Assembly (NCBI RefSeq): GCF_006345805.1
Contig: NC_043024.1
Location: 14,136,001 to 14,200,000, forward strand
Reading direction: 5' to 3'
DNA length: 64,000 nt
From: Octopus sinensis
Lineage: Eukaryota
The notes below the pieces were generated by a model, which ran no database searches, had not been told where the DNA came from, and saw only the letters and a list, made by a program, of their open reading frames with translations. This document shows positions 14,678-27,789 of the stretch, one piece after another (the stretch's first letter is position 1; each line of letters begins with the position of its first letter). The translations under genes and the position numbers were made by a program.

Positions 14678-15411
14678 TTTGCTACACACTACTTTCCATC
14701 CTTAATAATAAAACTAGGTAGATCCAAAAGTTAAACACACAGACACACACAGATACACACACAGACACACAAGTTGAGTTTTATATAGAGAGATTTCTCA
14801 ACGGGGATTTCAGGGGAGATTTTCAGGGAGTCGCTGGCGATGTATCGTGATGATCAAAAATCCGGCCTGCTAAAATTTGGTTAAAGTGATTCAAATTGCA
14901 GACTCAACGCAAAATGGTCACATTTAATTCAAAGCGATTAAAATGTATGAAAACAATTGGTATGTGTTCACAAAGTCCAAACGATTAATACGAAAAAACC
15001 ATCCAGACTACATCCCGAAAATTCATTTCTTTGCTGAATTTCTACAATGTTTACGGCGATTCGTTTTTATATCTTGATTTTTTTTATTTTTCATGCAATT
15101 CACGCATGCTTGCACGCGTGGTGAACACAGTTCACGTCAAACAGCTGACTGAGTAAAGTTCACTATTCAATGCATGGGATAAGGCCTAAACAAACACATT
15201 ATCGATTTTTGCACTTGCGAGTTGAATTTCTGAACAGAAATAGCGCAGTTCAATTTTCATTCGCCTAACCTTTAAGTGACCCATTTTTGGTGGTTCTACG
15301 ATTTGTTGGCTAGGATGTGCCGGGAATTTAAACACAGAAACACACACACAGATACAAACACAGACACACAAGTTGAGTCTTATATATATAGATGTTTATA
15401 TATTATATATT

Positions 15412-15807
15412 TTCTTTTACTTTTATTTCTTTTACTTGTTTCAGTCATTTGAATGCGGCCATGCTGGAGCACCGCCTTTAGTCGAGCAAATCGACCCCGG
15501 GACTTATTCTTTGTAAGCCCAGTACTTATTCTATTGGTCTCTTTTGCCGAACCGCTAAGTGACGGGGACGTAAGCACACCAGCATCGGTTGTCAAGCAAT
15601 GCTAGGGGGACAAACACAGACACACAAACACACATATATCTATACGACAGGCTTCTTTCAGTTTCCGTCTACCAAATCCACTCACAAGGCATTGGTCGGC
15701 CCGGGGCTATAGCAGAAGACACTTGCCCAAGATGCCACGTAGTGGGACTGAACCCGGAACCATGTGGTTGGTTGACAAGCTACTTACCACACAGCCACTC
15801 CTGCGCC
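15412..15807 (-). mobile_element. SINE family A, full length
   Basis: Reverse complement of the family A sequence from the ggcgcaggagtggc head to the gaaacaagtaaaag tail. Confidence 0.92.
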
Positions 15808-15829
15808 ATGTATTATATACATACATACA

Positions 15830-16031
15830 TACGAGGTGGGTTGGAGCAAAAGAATATCCAGCAGGATCAGCAGATTCTAATTCTATTCAACGTATTCCCC
15901 TCCGAAATTCACACACATAGCAGCAGTCCTTCAGGCTTTCTAAGCCCTGTAAGATAACTTGGAATGTTGACCTTCCAACTTGGCCTTTCGTAGTACCCTT
16001 AAAACCAGGAACTTTTCTGCACCCCGTCGTA
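15830..16031. mobile_element. Mariner-derived MITE
   Basis: Begins TAcgaggtg and ends caccccgtcgTA, resembling mariner TACGAGG termini; no ORF. Confidence 0.55.
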
Positions 16032-16425
16032 CATACAATGCACACAGACACACACTTCTCACACAAAATACAGTAGGTTACATTCCTTGTTTGAGCAGCG
16101 CAGTCGATCGTTTTCTAGAAGTTTCTATATGATGTTGCTTCAATCCGTTCGGCTGATGTTTGCCAAGGGAGTATTAGCACGGCTCCATCTCCACCCAACA
16201 GTTATATCCTTCACGTTCGGATGTGTCAAATTTGCGAATGCGGAGAGCGAGGTCATGCCTGCTCAGTGTTATGCGCGGGCTTAATGTCAATTAGCTTGAA
16301 ATTATCGAAATAATCACAGAAAATTGGGATTTTGTGAGAATGTGTTGGCAACTATTTGTAATGCTAAAAGTATAAAACATTCCCGATGCTGAATGAAGGC
16401 AGAATTTTTATCTATATATATATAC

Positions 16426-16491
<66 letters not shown>

Positions 16492-16537
16492 TGATAAATA
16501 GATAGATAGATATATACATATATATATACACACACAT

Positions 16538-16573
<36 letters not shown>

Positions 16574-17093
16574 ATTCAAAATAAGAAAATGGAGAAATAC
16601 ATCTAGATCAAATATCAATTACCAGATAATACTCAATCACATACTTTATTAAACCACCACATAAGTACCTTGTTGGGTACTTCACTAGCAGTATATTGGA
16701 TATATGTTATCCCATGGAGGGTTGAATTTACAACCCCTATCTCAATTTTTATATATATATATATAAATTGAATTAGAGATAAAACCACTATTAGGCAAAT
16801 AAACAGTGAAAAACATAAACCAAAACAGAAATAAAAATAATTAGTACAATATACAAAATATATAAAATACAAAATTTAAAATTTAAATTATTTAAATTTA
16901 AAGTTAACAATTTAAGATTATAAATTTATTTTTATAAATTTATATATATATATATTTTTTTTTTTTATTTTTATTTTATATTTATTTATTTAATAATATT
17001 TTTTTATATAGAACATGTATGACACATATCTAGATATACCTGTGTGTGTACCTATACATTTTCATACACACACGCACAAACGCATGGGCATAT

Positions 17094-17147
<54 letters not shown>

Positions 17148-17428
17148 GAGGAGGGGGAGAGGGAGAGATAGATGTATAGATACATATGCATGTTTGTGAA
17201 TTACGGTTTTTTTTATAATTTTCTTCACCACTTTTAAAATCGTGTTTGTCTCTCTAATGTTCCAGAATGTTTTGTTAAACTAATTTCATTGGAAACTGAA
17301 AAAGCTGATCGATCAAAAGCCTTGGAGGTCGTGCACTGGTTTGGCCTCATCCACGGAGGTGAAGCAAGTCAGAAGCTATATAGTGTGTGTATACATACCC
17401 ACATGTGCATATATATATGTATATTAAA

Positions 17429-17480
<52 letters not shown>

Positions 17481-18842
17481 GTGTTATAATATATAATATA
17501 TATATTATATATGTATATATGTATATATGTATCTACACACACATATATATATGTATATATATATATATCTATATGTATATATATACACATATAAATAATT
17601 ACGTGTGCATGTTTGTGTACGTAATCATATGTAATCATACCCATAGATACATATATATGTACCCAGTTATATATGTATATATATTTTTTATTTATATATA
17701 TATATACAAATATATATATGTGTGTTTGTGTGTGTGTGAGTGTTTGTATCTGTGTCAGTGCATACACACACACACCACACACACACACACACACATACTC
17801 ACACACACACTTTTCTAAATTAATGTGCAGCAGTAATGGACCCGGCGGAATCAGACGATTGCCAAAACGAACTGCCTAAATTCTTAAATATATATCCAAG
17901 CGTTTACCTTCATCGCGTTCCTAAAAATTCAACTCTTTGTGCCTCTGTGCCTCTGTGTCAATGTGCCAATGTGCCTCTGTTGAAAATCAATACCGATATA
18001 TCCTATAAAACCTGGCTTTCTGTTTTTCCTTTAATCCTGAAAGCTGTGTCGTAATCTCTATTGATTTTGCCTGCGAGTTTTAGTGATTATGTTAAGCACT
18101 TTCGCTACAATTGGTTCTGCTATCTCGATGTCAGCGAAAAAAAAATAAATCAAATGCATTCGTAGATTCTTTTCTGCCGGGAAATTGATTATTTTCGATT
18201 TTGGTTTCCCTTCAAACCAGTGGAATGTTTTTTTTTTCCTTCTTCTCTTTCTCTTGTTATTCACCAACAACTCCGTCGACCTCCGCCTGTCTTCGACACG
18301 CATCGATAAACTTCATCGTAACCACGACGATACACACCATCCAAGGTGAAATATGCACAATCGTGAATTTGGCCTGCGATTATTATGCGAACAATTACGC
18401 TGGTTCAATATTCATTGCCACAAGCATGACTAACACACAGTAACAAGGAAAACGAAAAACAAAAGACAACCAAGCGGATTCTTCGTGGGTGCACGACATG
18501 CTAAAAATAGCAGCAAAATATACTTAAAAACACCATGTCAATGACTTCTCAATCGCAAGTCCCTCGGGTTTCTTCACATGCTACCATTCAATTGAATACA
18601 TTCATATCAACCCCTCAGCACTCGATTCACCAGTTCAAAACAAAAACAAAAAAAGAAAAGCGGACGTATTAAATATTATAATTCATTCACTTAAAAAAGC
18701 GTTTAATAAAAACACATTGGTTTTTGCTTTCTGGGAAAGAATGACGTCGTTGAGAGTTCACTCCTGCTGCGTGTCAACTTTGGAAAGTGTTTTATTCTAT
18801 ACCACCAGACACCGACAGACCTATGACATACATTATAAATAC

Positions 18843-18875
<33 letters not shown>

Positions 18876-19126
18876 ACTACATGAGTATATGTATATATCT
18901 ATGTATGCATGTATGCATATGTGTGTGTATATTTATATATATTTGTGTTTGTATATATATATGTGCATGCAAATATGTGTATGTATATATATATATATAT
19001 ATATACACATATTTGCATACACATATACATAGAAACATAAATATATATAGATATACACAAACACGCACACACACACACATATATATATACATTTACACAT
19101 ATATATACACACGCGCATATATATAT

Positions 19127-19162
<36 letters not shown>

Positions 19163-19172
19163 CTGTATATAT

Positions 19173-19450
19173 AGACGGAAACTGAAAGAAGTCATTCGTA
19201 TATATGTATATATGTGTGTGTGTGTCTGTGTGTGTGTGTGCGCGTGCGTGCGTTTGTGCGTCTGTGTTTGTCACCCAACACCGCTTGACAACCGATGCTG
19301 GTGTGTTTACATCCCCGTAACTTAGCGGTTCGGCAAAAAGTGACCGATAGAATAAGTACTTACAAAGAATAAGTCCTGGGCTTGATTTCTTCGACTAAAG
19401 CCGGTGCTCCGGCATGGTCGCAGTCACGTTACTGAAACAAGTAAAAGAGA
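19173..19450 (+). mobile_element. SINE family A, 5'-truncated
   Basis: agacggaaactgaaagaag...actgaaacaagtaaaagag. Confidence 0.85.
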
Positions 19451-19992
19451 GTAGACACACCACCAAACCCCAACAAGGAGTGCACCTCGCAGTGGCTAAC
19501 TGAACATACACCGTTATATAAGATATTTTTTTCGGTAGTTGGGTTTTCTCTTTATTTCTTTATTTTAGTTTTTGTCGTTTACATCCCAAAATTTTTGACT
19601 GCATAGAATTAGAACCAAATATATTTTAGCCATGGAAACTTGGTCTTCATTTTAAACATATCTGGGATCACATTACGTCCAGTGTTTGCCGTTCTGTATG
19701 TTTTTAGGATAGTGGTATATAATTTCAGTTCGAATTTTACTTTTTTATTATTTATATTTTTATTTCTTTATCTTTTCTTTCATTTTCATTTTTTCTCGTC
19801 TTATCGAAATCGTTGAGGCTCAGGCAATGGCGTAGAATTATTTATCAGCTTTACGTATCAACCACTTGTGTTAAGTCTTCTTTCTTCCGTGCGTAGATCT
19901 ACTCTAGCGAGCGTATACCTACATACATACACACGCATATGTTCGAATGTGTATGTGTCTGGGTGCTTGCATGTCGTATATACATACATATA

Positions 19993-20051
<59 letters not shown>

Positions 20052-20199
20052 TATACGTATATACATATATATATATATATATATGAATATATATGTGTAT
20101 TATATATATATATATAATTATATATATATATATACATATATATACGTATATACACATATATATATATATATAGATGTATATATATATATATAAAATACG

Positions 20200-20263
<64 letters not shown>

Positions 20264-21111
20264 TTACTTCATGTTTCTGGGTATGCATGTATATATGTTT
20301 GTATCTATGGTGTGTATGTTTTACATAATATTTCGCAAATACAGAAAGGGTGTATTTTCGTGCAAAAGTTACCAAATTGCTCTACAGATTTGAATACATT
20401 ACATCGAATTACAATATAATGTACACGAGGCAACGGATGAGAAGGAATCACGGCATACATTTCAAAATAAACACTCGTATTATTTTCCACTATTTACATA
20501 TAAGTAACATATTTTTTACATTCTACAATATATTTGTTTTTCATATTTCACATATAAATATGTATTTGTATCTTTATATTTTTCATATTAACATTTGCAT
20601 TTTTTTTTGTTATATTGTGCACGTACATGAAAGTGCGTGTGTTTGTATACGTATCTAACAAAAATCTAGCCGAGATTCGCATGCAGAAAATAGCAAAATG
20701 CTTTCTAGCAGATGATTTTAATATTTATGTTTTTTCTATGGTAACAAACCAACCAGTTGTTATTTCGTATCGTTCAACACTTTTTAGCGTAATGTCAGCC
20801 TGACATTATTTGGTCTTACTCTCATAAAACATCACTTTCGCTTCAAATATGTAATCAGTTGATGGCGTTCAGAGATACAGAATATATTCTGTGGCACTCT
20901 GCGCCGCGGAAGAGTCGATATCTGCTTCCAACAATTCACATCCGTCGCACTGGCAATTCGCTATCACCCGAAATAATTTGCGGCTGCTCATTTGACAAGC
21001 CCCACGAAGGTATTGCGGTAAACTTTGGAGAATACACACTCACATGCACGCGTGAATATAGCTTCTCATGCGTACGAAAACTTATATGTATATGTATGTA
21101 TATATATATAT

Positions 21112-21145
<34 letters not shown>

Positions 21146-21253
21146 GTATATCATATATATAATATTATATATATCTATATATATATATTATATATATTGT
21201 ATGAAAAAACAAGTCAAAATAGAAAATGCTAAAATAATTTATAAAGAACATTT

Positions 21254-21291
21254 CAGTACCGGTTTCGGTCATTTTGAGACCTTTTCAACTG
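21254..21291 (-). ncRNA. Minimal type I hammerhead motif, U3-A8 core, in the PLE 3' pLTR
   Basis: Minus strand: CAG-UUGAAAA-GGUC-ucaaaau-GACC-GAAA-CCGG-UA-CUG; palindromic ACCGGU helix III; same strand as the ORF. Confidence 0.75.
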
Positions 21292-21997
21292 TAACGATTA
21301 AATAATTAAATTTAGAAAAAATAGAAGAAAAGTTTTTTTAAAGGAATATTTGTATAGTAGTGTTCAAATATAAGTGGCATTCTGCCTTTCTCTGACTCCC
21401 TTGTTTGCACTTGTGTGTTCGAGGTCGTTGTGAATTCTTGGTAGGGTAGAAGAAGAAGAAAGCTGAAGAGGAGAGGGGGTGGAAAAATTTGGGAGTGCCT
21501 TGATTGTTGTATTTTGAATGGTCAGTGACGGCTAGCAGTTGCAGTTCAATTCAGGAGAATATTTCTATTGAAAGATTTGTTTATGGAATTTGCGTAGGTG
21601 TTTTACTAAAAAGCATTAGTGATAAAGTTAAGAGGTAGAAGGTGGAGCAGACGAAGAAGAAGAAGAAGAAGAAGAAGAAGAAGAAGATGATGATGACGAT
21701 GTTGATGATGATGATGATGATGAAGAAGAAGAAGAAGGAGAAGGAGAAGAAGAAGATGATGATGATGATGGTGGTGATGATGATGACGATGATGATGATA
21801 ATGATGATGATGAAGAAGAAGAAGAGGGAGAAGAAGAAAACAGAGAAGGGAGAATATGAATGGGTGAAAGTAGTGAGGTGTTGTATGACTTGAAGTTGGC
21901 ATGTTATGGATTATAGCTGTGATTGGGGCTGATTAGTAATGGATTCTTTGGAATGCAATATTTGTGTGTATTTCTTTTATTCTAAAGTTGAGGTATA

Positions 21998-23281
21998 TTA
22001 ATCGTTTGTCGTAGACCCGTTAAGAAGTGGCCTGTATTTTGTAATAAAGAGAGTTTCTTTACTTATTCGTTGTCTCGAGGTTGTATCGTCCCTAAATTGG
22101 TAGAGGGGGAAAATCCTGAAGCCTGGTGTTTTGTTGTTGGCGCAAGTATCTATGTGTTGGCTGAAAGCTATTTTTCTGTTTTGGGGAATTTTTATCTGGG
22201 ATCTGTGCAGGGCCATTCTTTTACGCAAACTATTTTCTGTTTGGCCTACGTACTGCTCTTGACACCCGGAGCAGGTTAGTGAGTATATTAGGTTCTCCGA
22301 AGCACATGTGAAGTTGCTTTTCACTGTAAACCGTTGTCCATGTTTGAAGGAGAACTCTGATCCCTCAATTAGATAGTCGCATATCCCGCAATTGGGTCTT
22401 CCACATTTTTTTACTGTCGGCTTCTGTGTTGAAGAGTGAATTCGGGCTTGTGTTAGGAGACTTTTCATGGATTTAGGCTCTCTGTTGCTTTTTATGATCG
22501 TGTATGTTTGGAGGATTGTGTTCATTTTGTGGTCTTTTTTTAGGAGGCGTATGTTGTGGAGGATGGTGCCGAAGGCTTCGTTATTGAGAGGGTTGTGTGT
22601 GGAGATGTATGGTAAGGCGTTTAGTGGTAAGTTTTTCTTTGATTTGGGATGTCTCAGTTCCTTGATGTTAAGTTGAAGGGCACGTTGAATGCACTTGTCA
22701 ATAAGTGAAGGTGGATAGTTCCTGGTGATAAGGGTATCTTTTAGTTCTTGTAGTCGTGTGTCTCTGGTGTTTGCATTAGAGACTATAGTGCATATCCTTT
22801 TTGCTAGATTGAAGGGGATATTCATCCTGGTGTGTCTGGGGTGGCATGAATTGAATGGAAGATATTGCTTAGAGTCTGTAGGCTTATAATATATGTCTGT
22901 TTCTATTACATTATTAGCTTTCTTAATGAGGATATCGTGGAAGGGGAGTTGTTGCTGGCTATATTCCATCGTGAATTGGATGTTTACGTCCAGTCCGTTT
23001 AAAATTTCTTGGAATTCTATGAGTTTCTCAATATTTTCATGCCAAAGGATGAAACAGTCATCTAGATATCTCTTCCAGTTGTTTTCTATGTAGATGGAGA
23101 AAGGGCTGCCATATCTTTCTAGAACCTTACGATACAGACTGATCTCTAGATATCCTATGACTAGGTTGGTAAAGGAGGGGGCCATTCGTGTACCCATCGC
23201 AGTCCCCGATCTTTGTCGGTAGAAGTTGTCATTGAAGGCGAAGAAGTTATTTTCCAGGATGAATTTAACCCCTTCTATCAC
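21998..23281 (-). CDS. PLE reverse transcriptase (C-terminal part) plus GIY-YIG endonuclease, N-terminally truncated
   Basis: RT motifs FYRQRSGTAMG, WKRYLDDCFILW, IQFTME, DIYYKPTD, SCHP; Cys linker CGRPNCGIC (Neptune-type); NLIYSLTC..C..QYVGQT...LRKRMALH GIY-YIG. 427 codons uninterrupted. Confidence 0.92.
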   Translation of the reverse strand: MIEGVKFILENNFFAFNDNFYRQRSGTAMGTRMAPSFTNLVIGYLEISLYRKVLERYGSPFSIYIENNWKRYLDDCFILWHENIEKLIEFQEILNGLDVNIQFTMEYSQQQLPFHDILIKKANNVIETDIYYKPTDSKQYLPFNSCHPRHTRMNIPFNLAKRICTIVSNANTRDTRLQELKDTLITRNYPPSLIDKCIQRALQLNIKELRHPKSKKNLPLNALPYISTHNPLNNEAFGTILHNIRLLKKDHKMNTILQTYTIIKSNREPKSMKSLLTQARIHSSTQKPTVKKCGRPNCGICDYLIEGSEFSFKHGQRFTVKSNFTCASENLIYSLTCSGCQEQYVGQTENSLRKRMALHRSQIKIPQNRKIAFSQHIDTCANNKTPGFRIFPLYQFRDDTTSRQRISKETLFITKYRPLLNGSTTND

Positions 23282-23307
23282 GAATTATTTTTTGATGCGA
23301 TATATAT

Positions 23308-23552
23308 ACAAGTTCAGCGTGGAAGGTGTTTATAAGCCATTTAAGAAACACACAAAAACCGTTAGATTCACTTCAACATTTAAATTTAATTTGTCAAAAT
23401 ATGAGATGCAGCACGGAATTTTGTCAGTGAACAGGTCGTGGTATCAAAGCGACGAAAACATTTTGCCAAATTAAATTTAAATGTTAAATTGAATCTAACG
23501 GTTTTTGTGTGTTTCTTAAATGGCTTATAAACACCTTCCACGCTGAACTTGT
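23308..23552. repeat. ~95-bp inverted repeat (solo pLTR-like element with inverted end) in (TA)n
   Basis: 23308-23402 is a near-perfect reverse complement of 23458-23552. Confidence 0.9.
23420..23470 (+). ncRNA. Type I hammerhead motif with G3-C8 swapped core
   Basis: UUUGUCA-GUGAACA-g-GUCG-ugguaucaaag-CGAC-GAAA-ACAU-UU-UGCCAAA; the inverted arm preserves AUAUUUUGACAAA. Confidence 0.65.
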
Positions 23553-23767
23553 ATATATATATATATATATATATATAATTATTATTTGAGGGAATAAAAT
23601 CCAAACTTACAAGGAAAAAGAATTCAATTTAGAAATACTAAATCAAATTTCACAGAATATAATATATAATAAAATATTAGAAAAAACCACCTTTTATCAA
23701 TCCAAAATGAAAAATTAATTTAATTATTCATTTTGTATTGATAAAATGTGGTCTTTTCTATATTATA

Positions 23768-23827
<60 letters not shown>

Positions 23828-24714
23828 ATATATACATTCAAACGCCTACCACACCACGCACAAACATACACACACACACACCAGACACACGCACACACAC
23901 ACATCTATTCATTTATTCTAGCGGAGTGAATTGCGACGGACAAACAAGAGTGACTAACTAATAATTTACGCGGCATGCCAGAAAATCAACAAAGAAATAG
24001 AAGAAAGAGATAAGAATGACAATTATGGAAATCGTAGAATAGATTTCGCCAAGAGAGTCAAACGTAAAGGTTGTACCTGTGCTACTGTCTCATTAGATTC
24101 AATATCATCCAACCAGAATAAGGATCTTGACACCTTAAAAACATCCTAAACTCTTGGTGTATGGCAAAACCCAGCTCCTCTTGAATTTGCATGCATACTG
24201 AGTAAAGAACAGTGTGTCTGAGGTGCTTTTTGTGACTTGACAAACAGAAAAAAAGCTCCGATACACACAAAACCTTCAATGTACATCACAATATTGGATG
24301 ATGTACGACGTCTTCAAAACTAATAATAAAATATTATCGCTGATGTCAACCTTCCTTTCCATTCTTTCGAGGTCGCGAAAATAAATAACATTTGATCACG
24401 GAGTGGCTGGTGGAGGTGAAATCGGTCTACCCCTTGCCTCCAAGTTTCAAGCCTTGTGTCTACAGCTAAAAAGGATAATACCATTGATATATCGAGAGGG
24501 AAAATAAATAACTCGGGTTAATTTATCAAAGTCATCATCTGCATAAGAATGATATATTTAGGATATTGTTAACGTAATTTAACGCGTAATTTATGAAATA
24601 TTTAGCCAGAAATAATTATGGACGCCAAAACGATATTCCATAATCATTTGTTTTACAAACTTGTAATCGTGACTACAGTACTAATAAATTGCGCTAAAAT
24701 ATTCCTACTAGAAA

Positions 24715-24872
24715 TGCTACAACTACTACTACTACTACTACTACTACTACAACTACTACTACCACCACTACTACTACTACTACTACTAATAATAATAATA
24801 ATAATAATAATAATGATGATGATGACGATACTAGTAATAATTATAATAATGATGATGATAATAGTAATAATT

Positions 24873-24905
<33 letters not shown>

Positions 24906-24982
24906 GTAATAAGTGTAATAATAATAATAGTAGTAATAAGTGTAATAATAATAATGATAATAATAATAATAATAATAATAAT
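24715..24982. repeat. (CTA)n/(TAA)n/(TGA)n compound microsatellite
   Basis: Direct inspection. Confidence 0.95.
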
Positions 24983-25404
24983 CTTTTCTACTCTAGGCAC
25001 AAGGCCTGAAATTTTCGGGGAGGGGGCCAGTCAATTAGATCGACTCCAGTATGCAACTGATACTTGATTTATCGACCCCAAAAGGATGAAAGGCAAAGTC
25101 GAATAATATACCGGGGAAATTTTTCATGTGAAAACGGTAAAACACTGGTCCCAAATCTGTCAAAAAAAAATCGGGAATAAAGACAACAAATGGAATCTAA
25201 AATAATGTACCAAGTAATATATCCGAGTAAAACTCATTAAAATTCATTTCTATTTTCCAAATGGAATGATGTATTTTAACTATGTATCGTCTCCTTCACA
25301 TTCACACCACGCGTAAACAAGTTCGCCTCATCACGGTTCAAATCTTCATCAGACAGACTCCGTCCCCATCCAACATACAGAAAAAATCAAAAATAAATTA
25401 AATA

Positions 25405-25548
25405 GGCGCAGGAGTGGCTGTGTGGTAAGTAGCTTGCTAACCAACCACATGGTTCCGCGTTCAGTCCCACTGCGTGGCATCTTGGGCAAGTGTCTTCTGC
25501 AATGCCTTGTGAGTGGATTTGGTAGACGGAAACTGAAAGAAGTCTGTC

Positions 25549-25592
<44 letters not shown>

Positions 25593-25830
25593 ATATATAT
25601 ATGTATGTATGTGTGTGTGTTTGTGTGTCTGTGTTTGCCCCCTAGCATTGCTTGACAACCGATGCTGGTGTGTACGTCGCCGTCACTTAGCAGTTCGGCA
25701 AAAGAGACCGATAGAATAAGTACTGGGCTTACAAAGAATAAGTCCCGGGGTCGATTTGCTCGACTAAAGGCGGTGCTCCAGCATGGCCGCAGTCAAATAA
25801 CTGAAACAAGTAAAAAGAAAAAAGAGTAGA
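25405..25830 (+). mobile_element. SINE family A
   Basis: Full head to tail with a small internal deletion. Confidence 0.9.
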
Positions 25831-26354
25831 GTATCCGCATTATTCAAAAGAGGAATAACAAACGGGAAGTACTTTCATTAAACCTATTACACAAAAAGTA
25901 CGAAAAACTACACTTGCAAAACCATTTAACACCAGAAATGAACGAACCGGTACCCTACGAAAATTATGACCATGAAAATAAACGCCTGGGCATTATTGCT
26001 CACCTCCCGCTAATAAAATCGAGAAAGCATAAATTGAGATGGGAGGAACATATTTTTATCCTACACGCTTATTTTACAGAAGTGCTCTCTGCACAGAACG
26101 AAAACATCACAGCATAAACATATAATATCTGGAAGAAAAATAACCTAGATAAAGAATTGGATATAGCAATGAACCCTAACAAACTAGCTAACGTACAGAG
26201 ATATATTCTCAAAGCCAAAAAGAAAAATAGAAATCAGAAACAGAGCACTTAAAAGGAAAACTACATCAGGAAAACACAGCAATGCCAAATATTATAAGCA
26301 CTGGAACTGTATAATATGGAGATACACGTAATATTTCCAACAAAAACAATGTAT

Positions 26355-26521
26355 GCGCAGGAATGGCTGTGTGGTAAGTAGCTTGTTTACCAACCACATG
26401 GTTCCGGATTCAGGGGGCAGTGGTACCCTGGACAAGTCTCTTCTACTATAGCCTCGGGGCGACCAAAGCCTTGTGACTGGATTTGGTAGACGGAAACTGA
26501 AAGAAGCTCGTCGTATATATG

Positions 26522-26575
<54 letters not shown>

Positions 26576-26830
26576 GTGTGTGTGTTGTGTGTGTATGTGT
26601 GTGTTCGTGTGTCTGTGTTTGTCCCCCTAGCATTGCTTGACAACCGATGCTGGTGTGTTTATGTCCCCGTTACCTAGCGGTTCGGCAAAAGAGACCGATA
26701 GAATAAGTACTGTGTTTACAAAAGAATAAGTCCTGGGGTCGAGATGCTCGATTAAAGGCGATGTTCCAGCATGGCCGCAGTCAAATGACTGAAACAAGTA
26801 AAAGAGTAAAAGAGTAAAGAGTAAAGAGAG
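26355..26830 (+). mobile_element. SINE family A inserted in the R4 relic
   Basis: Family A homology; GTATGCG duplicated at both ends. Confidence 0.9.
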
Positions 26831-26904
26831 TATGCGACGAAAGACAACAGACCCAGACTGGAGGAATGTATAAGGATGAGCAAAAAGCATAAAATCAGAA
26901 TACC

Positions 26905-27136
26905 TATTTCTTTACTACCCACAAGGGGCTAAACTCAGAGGGGACAAACAAGGACAGACAAACGGATTAAGTCGATTACATCAACCCTGGTGCGTAACTG
27001 GTACTTAATTTATCGACCCCGAAAGGATGAAAGGCAAAGTCGACCTCGGCGGAATTTGAAGTCAGAACGTAACGGCAGACGAAATACGGCTACGCATTTC
27101 GCCCAACATGCTAACGATTCTGTCAGCTCGCCACCT
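26905..27136 (-). mobile_element. SINE family B (central domain resembles the MetaSINE core)
   Basis: Reverse complement of ...gagctg.cagaa.cgttagca...gactttgcctttcatcctttcggggtcgataaattaagtacc; TSD GAATACC. Confidence 0.85.
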
Positions 27137-27315
27137 GAATACCACAGACAACAACATGTACTCGAGGGAGTACGAAACAAGTCTAAAACCTGGAAAAAGT
27201 GGGGACAAAATTAATGATTATAGTCAAAGAACTGAAAATCACAGATCTTGGTATGGACCAACGATTGTACCTCTCAAAATTTAAAATCGATACTAAAACA
27301 ACATCAATAATAAAT

Positions 27316-27700
27316 GGAAGCACTCCGTCGGTTACGACGACGAGGGTTCCGGTTGATCGATCAACGGAACAGCCTGCTCGTGAAATTAACGTGTAAGTGG
27401 CTGAGCACTCCACAGACACGTGTACCCTTAACGTAGCTCTCGGGGATATCCAGCGTGACACAGAGAGTGACAAGGCCGGCCCTTTAAAATACAGGTACAA
27501 CAGAAACAGGAAGTAAGAGTGAGAGAGAAAGTTGTGGTGAAAGAGTACAGCAGGGATCACCAGCATCCCTTGCCGGAGCCTCGTGGAGCTTTTAGGTGTT
27601 TTCGCTCAATAAACACTCACAACGCCCGGTCTGGGAATCGAAACTGCGATCCTATGACCGCGAGTCCGCTGCCCTAACCACTGGACCATTGCGCCTCCAC
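27316..27700 (-). mobile_element. SINE family D (tRNA head; 3' tail shared with family C)
   Basis: Head ggaggcgcaatggtccagtggttagggc; 11-bp TSD CAATAATAAAT at 27305-27315 and 27701-27711; second copy at 45989-46344. Confidence 0.9.
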
Positions 27701-27789
27701 CAATAATAAATAACATGACCCTGGTCACCACAGAAATAATAACCAGAGAAATAAATGCCAATATGATCAGGTTAAACTATATAATACAT

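Larger units (their letters stand above)
21200..23285 (-). mobile_element. Penelope-like retroelement (Neptune-like), 5'-truncated, with 3' pLTR/UTR
   Basis: RT+GIY-YIG ORF followed by a (CAT/CTT)n-containing 3' region and an HHR, ending in (TA)n. The 3' region is repeated at 52570-52835. Confidence 0.9.

Noticed and set aside
17259-17295. Possible HHR remnant (TTCCA/TGGAA stem)
   Set aside because: Core and stem II too decayed to call
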